A stretch of 64,000 bases of DNA from a virus: positions 64,001-128,000 of the IMG/VR virus record IMGVR_UViG_3300037089_000505, one strand, 5' to 3'. Of this stretch, positions 55,159 through 62,497 are shown piece after piece. Below the pieces are notes generated by a model, which ran no database searches, was not told the origin of the DNA, and saw only the letters and a list, made by a program, of their open reading frames with translations. How positions within the stretch are numbered: the stretch's first letter is position 1; every line of letters begins with the position of its first letter. The translations under genes and the position numbers were made by a program.

Positions 55159-56461
55159 TTCTACACAAGATAATTAAATGATCTACTATTACAATAGGGG
55201 CGCATCGCACGGCACTGGCGTCGATAAAGGCAAACACTGGATAGAGTTTTTAGTGACGTTCGACGGGGGCATGGGTGGTACTGAACTTACTCAGCAAGAA
55301 TTAATCAAAGAAGTATTTAGTTACGCTCAGCGCGGATATATAATAGAACTAAACATATCAAAAAGTTTTTTGATACAACAGCAAGCTAAAAGTCAAGGCC
55401 TTAAGTATGTAGATCTTAAATTGGAAAAAATGTGTGACTTACTATAGAGAATTTTGGACAGAAGGCAATAAACATATAGCTGATTTTTATGCTACCTATG
55501 GAGAGGCGCCAAATATTTTTGCAGCTTTAAGCGAACAGAAATTCATACGGAGAATATTTAAATACGCTGCTGATGGTATGATCCTTCGACTTCATATTGA
55601 TGACAGGCTAAAATGAAAATGGTTAAATCATTTACTTGGTTCGGTAATAAACTTTTCAGGGTCTTTCTCTATAAACGCATATCTGCTACTACAAAAGCAA
55701 AAGCTATTTGGGCAGAAAGGAATTTTTTGGGTTGGGAAAAGGGTGAATTACTTCACACAAAGTATGGTTGGAGTTTAGAGTATCATTCTACGGGACAAGG
55801 ACCGGGCTCTATACATAAACATATTTCCTTAAACTCAGTAGAGCTACCAACAGAGACGCTTCCGAAGCTAAAAGAAATTTCTTGTCAAAACTTAATGAAG
55901 CAAATTTTTGAATGGGAGTGGCAATGAAATTCACAAGAATGGACCCACAATATTATAGTAAAAATATTTTTGCTTTTAACTATGGGGAGTATAAGACTGG
56001 ACAGGGCTTGGCCGCCTATTATGACTATGATCTTCCGAGCCGCAATAAATGGTCTTGGGGTATAATGATGTCCCATAATGAGTTAACTAAAAATAATTTA
56101 TTGCCGCCAATTAAATATGATGAAATACCCAGTCAAGCCCTTCATAGTTTGATAGTAGACTTATTTACTTTACCAAAAATAAAATTTAATCCGGCTCAAG
56201 ATCCTGTCCATAGTAAATTTGAATGGTCTTAGCGAAATTATGAAAGTGGCCTACGGAAAATATAGCAAATGGTATAAGCCCAGCGACCACATGGTTATTG
56301 GTTGCTCAACAAAAGAAAAGTCCATATTGATTCTTCCGAGTCTTTTAGATATAACTTGGTATATAGCTAGTATAAAAGAATATCAGATGTTAATAAAAAA
56401 TATATTTGAGGCCATAAAAATAGAGAACAAAACTTAGTTTCGATCACAAGATAAATTACCA

Positions 56462-56536
56462 ATGAAAGGCATAGATATGTATATGAATCAGTCGCTCGCA
56501 ACATTCCAACAGACCCAAACTACAGATACTGTTTGA
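56462..56536 (+). CDS. Attenuator leader peptide (MKGID)MYMNQSLATFQQTQTTDTV
   Basis: In-frame ATGs at 56462, 56477 and 56483 (AAGG before 56477); 9 of the last 11 codons are Thr/Gln/Asp. Confidence 0.7.
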   Translation: MKGIDMYMNQSLATFQQTQTTDTV

Positions 56537-56537
56537 A

Positions 56538-56587
56538 CTTTTGCGGGGAGTGCGTAATACAGACTTCCCAAAGTGGAAGTCTTTTTT
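56538..56587 (+). promoter_or_regulatory. Overlapping antiterminator / intrinsic terminator (attenuator)
   Basis: Terminator AGACTTCC(56561-68)/GGAAGTCT(56575-82) plus T5; competing helix GGGGAGT(56545-51)/ACTTCCC(56563-69). Confidence 0.75.
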
Positions 56588-56795
56588 GTTGAAGGTGGCA
56601 TATGAGGAGGAAAAAGAAAAGGATTCAGCGTTGGAGACAGAATTCTTGCGAAGGCAAGGTTGACTTCAAATCTATCGAGACGGCGGAGAAAGCAGCAGCC
56701 AGGTTGAATGAAAAGAAGAACAGACCTGGATATCATGAATTAGAAGCTTACCAATGTTCCTTCTGTAAAGGATGGCATATTGGTAAAAAGTATAC

Positions 56796-56867
56796 GCCGG
56801 CGTAGCTCAATGGCAGAGCGGTACCTTTGTAAGGTAAGGGTTGGGGGTTCAAGTCCCTCCGTCGGCT
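56796..56867 (+). tRNA. tRNA-Thr(TGT)
   Basis: Acceptor GCCGGCG/CGTCGGC; loop TT-TGT-AA; T-loop TTCAAGT. Confidence 0.92.
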
Positions 56868-56874
56868 TAAACAT

Positions 56875-56947
56875 AGAGCCGTAGTGTATCGGTTTAGCAC
56901 GCGAGACCGTCAATCTCGAAGGGCGGGTTCAACTCCCGTCGGTTCTG
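56875..56947 (+). tRNA. tRNA-Asp(GTC), with C33
   Basis: Acceptor AGAGCCG/CGGTTCT; G73; anticodon arm CGAGA-CCGTCAA-TCTCG. Confidence 0.9.
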
Positions 56948-56948
56948 T

Positions 56949-57557
56949 ATGAGAAAATTATTTCTTGTTTTGTTTTTATTCGTAGCTGCTCTTTCATTTG
57001 CTAATAAGAGCTGGTATGTAGATCAGAATGGAACTGGCATAGGAAACTGTGGACCGGCAACGGTAGCTATGATGATTTCTTATACAGAACACGTTCGCAT
57101 TCCAGTACAAGTAATTCGGGAAGAGATAGGATATACAAGAGATGATGGCAGTACAGATCTTGAAGAGTTATCAGGTGTTCTTGAGCGTCATAAAATTCGT
57201 TATTCTAAAACAGAAATAAAGACGAAGGTTGATTTGGATGAGCTTTTGGAAACTCATCACATAGTTTTAGTTGACGTAGATATGAGCTATATCCCTAATA
57301 AGAGCAACTATGATAAAGGTCACTACTTGATTCTGTCTAGCTATAGTGAAGGGACTTATGAGGCTCAAGATCCTCTTAATGGATCTGATGTTCATTACAA
57401 CGCTGATGCAATATGGTCAGCTATGAAAACGAGAGAAGTACTTGTAACTGGTAATGGAAGACTGCCACTAGTAGGTTTTGGATTTATTACCCAAATACTA
57501 TTAGTCATCGACATTAGTGCTATCGTAGTTCCGAAGAAAATTATTTTGCCGTGTTAG
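56949..57557 (+). CDS. Secreted C39-like cysteine peptidase
   Basis: Signal peptide; Q......NCGPATVAM, GHYLIL and QDP catalytic motifs. Confidence 0.8.
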   Translation: MRKLFLVLFLFVAALSFANKSWYVDQNGTGIGNCGPATVAMMISYTEHVRIPVQVIREEIGYTRDDGSTDLEELSGVLERHKIRYSKTEIKTKVDLDELLETHHIVLVDVDMSYIPNKSNYDKGHYLILSSYSEGTYEAQDPLNGSDVHYNADAIWSAMKTREVLVTGNGRLPLVGFGFITQILLVIDISAIVVPKKIILPC

Positions 57558-57649
57558 CTCAGTTGGTAGCAGCGTTTCCTTGGAGAATGCTTTTTTAAGA
57601 GAGCACTGTCCTAAGGAAAAGGTCCCCAGTTCAATTCTGGGACACGGCT
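57548..57649 (+). tRNA. tRNA with a 28-nt anticodon-loop insertion, best read as tRNA-Thr(GGT)
   Basis: Acceptor GCCGTGT/ACACGGC plus U73, as in the two other Thr tRNAs. The stem TTTCC/GGAAA encloses 35 nt; removing 57584-57611 gives TT-GGT-AA. Confidence 0.75.
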
Positions 57650-57650
57650 C

Positions 57651-57840
57651 TCGTCTCGACACATAGACGCATGGGTAAAACTCGAGTCAAGACCCAAGTA
57701 TTCTAAAGTCTAATAGAGCAGCTTTCTAGAAAGCTATCGAGTACTTAATTAGACATTAGCTGAACGATATCGCATTGCGATAGTAGGCGAAGTATTCAAT
57801 GGCAAAGCGGTAAAGGTGCGACAGCCGGGAGAGACCGGCT
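57651..57840 (+). ncRNA. Candidate structured ncRNA of unknown class
   Basis: At least five helices and a possible pseudoknot in an intergenic stretch with no credible ORF. Confidence 0.5.
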
Positions 57841-57893
57841 TTATTTGGAATCATTGCTCGTTGAGCAAAAGTAATATTTATAGAGGAGTTAAA

Positions 57894-59090
57894 ATGAAAA
57901 GATTCAAGAATCTGTTCTTGTTTTTGGCTGTTCTTGTATTAGCGTCAGCTAGTGCTTGGGCGATGCCAGCGGCAGGTAAGACTCTTACCATCGGATTGGT
58001 ACTGGTCGGACCTTACAATGATCTAGGATGGAGTCAGGCAAATTATGATGGCGTTCAATACGTCGTCAAGAATGTTCCTGGAGTTCAGTTCATTTATATT
58101 GACAAGGCTAATCCAGCAGACAGGCCGGGAACGACAGTGTCTCAACTAGCTGAAAGTTTGGTTGCAAAGGGCGCGAAGCTAATTATCTTCAGCTCAGATG
58201 ATATGGGTGATGAGGCAGTTAAGTTTGCTACAGCGCATCCTGATATTTTCGTTGTTATGACTTCTGGTAGCCAGGTATGGAATGCTGGAAAAACCTATCA
58301 GAACCTACCGAACATGATTAACATCATGGGTCGTATGGAATTTGGCAAGATGATCGCAGGAGTTGCCGCCGCCATGACGACAAAGACTGGTAAAATTGGT
58401 TACCTCGGACCACTTATCAATGATGAAACGAGGCGATTGTGTTCTTCAGTATATCTTGGAGCCAAGTACGCTTGGACAAATTACTTGAAGAAAGATGCTG
58501 CTAAGCTTCAATTCAAGGTAACTTGGATTGGATTCTGGTTTAACATTCCGGGTATCACTTCAGATCCCTCACAAGTGGCCGATGCATTTTTCAATGATGG
58601 TTACGACGTGGTAGTTTCTGGTATTGATACTAGCGAAGTTGTTACAGAGGCAGCAAAGTTTACGGCTCAAGGCAAGAAAGTTTTCGCAATTCCTTACGAT
58701 TACTCAAGCGCCTTCGCCGCTTCACCTGAGGTTAATTTGGGCGTTCCTTATTTTAATTGGGGTCCTGCTTATGTAGTAGCTGCAAAAGCTGCAATGGGTG
58801 GTTCTTGGGTTTCCCACTTTGAGTGGAACTCCCCCGACTGGAAGAATGTTAACAACCCTGATACATCAGCGGTTGGTTTCAACAAGGGCAAGGCACTTTC
58901 ACCTAAGGCTTCGGCTGCAGTTGATAAGTTTCTTTCCGAACTTGCATCAGGACTTAACCTATGGAAAGGTCCTATGAAGCTTCAAGATGGTAAGACCTAC
59001 TTGGTCGATGACCAGAAGGCAACAGATCAGCAGATCTGGTATTTGCCTCAACTCTTGGAAAATATGCAAGGACAGAGCGTTTCGAAGTAG
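57894..59090 (+). CDS. BMP/PnrA-family ABC transporter substrate-binding protein
   Basis: SD GAGGAG; signal peptide; GPYNDLGWSQANYDG, TKTGKIGYLG, WIGFWF and YFNWGPAY motifs. Confidence 0.9.
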   Translation: MKRFKNLFLFLAVLVLASASAWAMPAAGKTLTIGLVLVGPYNDLGWSQANYDGVQYVVKNVPGVQFIYIDKANPADRPGTTVSQLAESLVAKGAKLIIFSSDDMGDEAVKFATAHPDIFVVMTSGSQVWNAGKTYQNLPNMINIMGRMEFGKMIAGVAAAMTTKTGKIGYLGPLINDETRRLCSSVYLGAKYAWTNYLKKDAAKLQFKVTWIGFWFNIPGITSDPSQVADAFFNDGYDVVVSGIDTSEVVTEAAKFTAQGKKVFAIPYDYSSAFAASPEVNLGVPYFNWGPAYVVAAKAAMGGSWVSHFEWNSPDWKNVNNPDTSAVGFNKGKALSPKASAAVDKFLSELASGLNLWKGPMKLQDGKTYLVDDQKATDQQIWYLPQLLENMQGQSVSK

Positions 59091-59100
59091 TATTACAATT

Positions 59101-59127
59101 AGAGGGCAAGGCTTCTTGCCCTCTTTC
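59101..59127 (+). terminator. Hairpin immediately 5' of tRNA-Gln
   Basis: AGAGGGCAAG-gctt-CTTGCCCTCT followed by TTC; short T-tail. Confidence 0.45.
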
Positions 59128-59129
59128 AC

Positions 59130-59203
59130 TCGCCCTTGGCCAAGTGGATTAAGGCAGAAGACTTTGGATCTTCTATGCGCAGGTTCGAATCCTGCAGGGC
59201 GAA
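59130..59203 (+). tRNA. tRNA-Gln(TTG)
   Basis: Acceptor TCGCCCT/AGGGCGA; anticodon arm GAAGA-CTTTGGA-TCTTC. Confidence 0.92.
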
Positions 59204-59212
59204 TATTTACAC

Positions 59213-59287
59213 TGTCCCGTAGCTTAGCTGGCCGAAAGCGTCTGTCTCTGGAACAGAAGAGCCTCCGTTCAAATCGGAGCGGGACAA
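59213..59287 (+). tRNA. tRNA-Gln(CTG)
   Basis: Acceptor TGTCCCG/CGGGACA; anticodon arm TCTGT-CTCTGGA-ACAGA. Confidence 0.9.
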
Positions 59288-59301
59288 AAAGAAAGGGAAA
59301 C

Positions 59302-59718
59302 ATGGAACTAATAATTTCAATCGGTCTCCCCGGCTCTGGCAAATCTACTTACTATCGCACAGCGCTTGCGAAAAGTCACACACAAATCTCCAAGGATCTA
59401 ATGAGCGGCTCTCCAACTAGAAAAAATCAGATTCAGATTGACATGATTACTCAATCTCTAACTAAAGGATTGAATGCAGTAATCGACAATACTAGTGTCA
59501 CAGCTGAAGTTCGGAGGCCTTTAATTGAGCTCGGCCACAAACTTGGCGCAAAGGTAATTGCGTATTACTTTCCGACTTCAGTCAAAGATTGTATTGCTCG
59601 CAATGCTCAGCGAACGGGTAGGGCTAAAGTACCAAATGTGGCTATCTACACTATGGCAAAGAAGCTTCAAGGGCCAACAAAAGCTGAAGGCTTTGACGAC
59701 ATAATTACGATCAATTGA
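59302..59718 (+). CDS. P-loop kinase (AAA_33; polynucleotide-kinase-like)
   Basis: IGLPGSGKST, ISKD, VIDNT..R, C.ARN.QR and P...EGFD motifs. Confidence 0.85.
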   Translation: MELIISIGLPGSGKSTYYRTALAKSHTQISKDLMSGSPTRKNQIQIDMITQSLTKGLNAVIDNTSVTAEVRRPLIELGHKLGAKVIAYYFPTSVKDCIARNAQRTGRAKVPNVAIYTMAKKLQGPTKAEGFDDIITIN

Positions 59719-60882
59719 GGCATCTATGAATGAAACTGATCATCCTATTTTTCAAAGCTTGACTGATTTTAATTGGTATAAGTCTTCGCTAGACGTTGCC
59801 AGTCGTTACCATTTCCGCCACCGTGGAGAGCCTAAGAAATATCCTTGCAAGCTTCTTCACTCCGAATTTGATTCAGATTCTAACGGACCTGACGGTTATA
59901 ATCATTCTTTCATTTACTTACAGGAAGTCAAGTGTCCGATGTGTGAACACAAAGAGTTTGTGTGGCCACAAATTGAGGACGAAACATGAACCAAGAAAAT
60001 ACAAAAAAGCTTTTAGATCGATTCAATTTCTTTCAGCCCACTATGCATAATCCAAGAAGATTTTGGGGCTTTGAATGCGGAGACGGTTGGTTTGAGTTGA
60101 TTTGGAAGCTATGTGAAGATTTAGATGAAATGCGAAAGCATTTAATCATTATTCCAGAAGATCCATTTCAGGCTCTTCAAGTCAAAGAAAAATTCGGCGG
60201 ATTAAGATTTTACATCAATGGGTGTAGCAATGACATGTTCCAGCGAATTCTCAAAGCTGAACATGATTCTTTTTCAATTTGTGAAAATTGCGGAAAGGCA
60301 GGCGAGCTCAGACCGGGCGGATGGGTTAAAACTCTTTGTGATGAATGCTGCGAAGCTCGCTATGTAGAAGATTGTAGCATGTGTCATTTGTGCCATGATC
60401 CAAACGAAGAAACTATTCAAGCTATTCAAGAAGCTCGTGGAAGCGAAAATATTTCTCCCGAGCCATTAGAGCCTATTGAAAAACTACTTGAGGACTATGA
60501 TAAGAGGAATCCATGATCTTAGCGTTTAAACTAACAATGCCTGGTTCGCCAAGTTGGAATGGAAAATGGAGCGGCGAAGGTCGACTCTATGCACGAACTC
60601 GAACAGTCACAAAGAAAAAAGGCGAAGAGGTTTTGGGCGGATCTGACAAGAAATTCTTCGGCTATCGCTGGTCTGATGGTTGGTTTGCTAGTGTTGAAGT
60701 TGAACAAGTGAACAGCAACGAAAAAAGAAAACTCACAAAAGATTCAGTTGGATTTGCTAGCTATGATTGGATGATAGATTCAATTCTAACTCACGGCAAA
60801 ATCTTAGCCTCTTAGCTTTTTCAAAAACGTACCAAACATTGGCAGTAAAGACGCAAAGATAAAAGCGAAGGAGGGACCGCTA

Positions 60883-61095
60883 ATGAGTGATTTCAATGTT
60901 GAAGATGATCTAGTATATAAGGTGTCCGATGGCGACCCAGATACTGACGACAGCGATGATTTGGATCCATCCGATTTTCCTGATTTCGACATTCCAGATG
61001 ATTTTGATCCCGATGATGACGATGCTTTCGATGACGACAACGTCCTTGATGATTTTGAGGATGACGATATCGACATCGATATAGACGAGCAGTAA
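60883..61095 (+). CDS. Extremely acidic small protein (32 Asp + 3 Glu of 70 aa)
   Basis: SD AAGGAGG; own downstream terminator. Confidence 0.7.
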   Translation: MSDFNVEDDLVYKVSDGDPDTDDSDDLDPSDFPDFDIPDDFDPDDDDAFDDDNVLDDFEDDDIDIDIDEQ

Positions 61096-61109
61096 AAACA
61101 AAACAATTG

Positions 61110-61133
61110 GCCAGCTTTGTCGCTGGCTTTTTT
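61110..61133 (+). terminator. Intrinsic terminator
   Basis: GCCAGC-tttgtc-GCTGGC followed by T6. Confidence 0.7.
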
Positions 61134-62497
61134 GTGTGTAGTAAGAAAGATAATTCTATGGCAAGAGCAGTAAAGAGATTAGTCGTCGGTCAACAATATA
61201 TAGATAAATCGCCAAGTGTACCAAAGGCCTTTTTCTTAATAAAAGTTAAATATATTGATAAACGTACTCGCCGACCAGCTATAAGTCGATTAGCTAAAAT
61301 AACTCGTAAAGGTGTCACTTCAGACATATACCCTTTGAGTGGCGGCTATGAGTTTCAAGATGACGCTCATACCAAACGCACATACAACAAACATGAGTTC
61401 ATCAAATTCATTTACAAAAAAATAGATACGGAGTTTTAATATGAAGAAGCTATTATTAACCTTAGCCTTATTATTAGTAGCAGCAATAAGTTTTGCTACT
61501 TCAACTGTTACCGACTGGAGCAAATATTGGACTAATAGACTCACTACTGTCGGCGTAGTAGCTGGCGTAACTAAAGTCAATGCGTTATATTTAGTGAACT
61601 TTGTAGGAACACCAACAAATAACGAACTTAGAATAATAGTAACCTGTAGTGATCCTACTGTTGTGTTTACTAAGTATGATAATATAGCTATATCAGCCGC
61701 TATCATAAAGAATTTGAGTGCCATCAAAACATATAATGGATTGACAACAATATACATAGTCACTTTTCCTTACACGAGAGCTATGTTTGTCAAAGATTTA
61801 TTAGCACCACCGAAGAAACAAAATTTAATGAGTATAACGGTATTAAAAGATGAAACCCAAAAAAAGAAATAATACTCGAAAACCTCGAACGACACTACCA
61901 GCAGCACCAGTCATTGTTCAACTTCAACAACCGCCAGCTCTCATTGAAGAAAAAAAGTCTCCTCTTAGAAATTTATTTGAAAAGTGGATTGCTCCTCTTA
62001 TCTTAGCAATTATTGTGGCAGCTGTTAGCTACACATTTTTAGATCGACTAACTAAAGTTGAAAATATTCTGGCCGATTTACAAAAAACTGTAACTGAATT
62101 AGATACTAGTTATTCCAAAGACTCTGAAACTAAAGGGTCGATGGCTGCTGACGTTAAGCAATTAGATAGATGTTGGCATCTTGAAGGACGAAGATGATTT
62201 ATTACCACAAGAGCGATAAAGAATGGTATGAAACATGGGCGTGGCCGAAAGCTGACGTTCAAATTTATGTAGAAACACTAGGCCACGTGAGTGCTTCATT
62301 TAAGCGTTCTCTTATTATTGATGAATGGAATTATGAATATATAGTTTCTCACTTTGATTATGAAGAAGAACGTTTCGTTCAAGCCGCTGATCATCAATTA
62401 GAAACACTTGTTAAAATGATCTTCAATCCAAAATGGACTATCGAAGATCAAAGACCCGCAAAATAGCATATTTTATTTCATTAAGGAAGTAATATAA

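Noticed and set aside
57548-57649. Reading the interrupted tRNA as Ser(GGA) with a canonical 37/38 BHB intron, or as Arg(CCT)
   Set aside because: There is no long variable arm and no BHB central helix; U73 and the acceptor stem fit Thr rather than Ser or Arg.
57650-57720. Theta/HDV-like ribozyme at tRNA 3' ends
   Set aside because: I could not build the nested double pseudoknot or L3 motif after any tRNA by eye; a descriptor search would be needed to exclude it fully.
58987-59301. N-terminal extension of the kinase ORF
   Set aside because: It overlaps the BMP gene end and two tRNAs; the likely start is ATG 59302.
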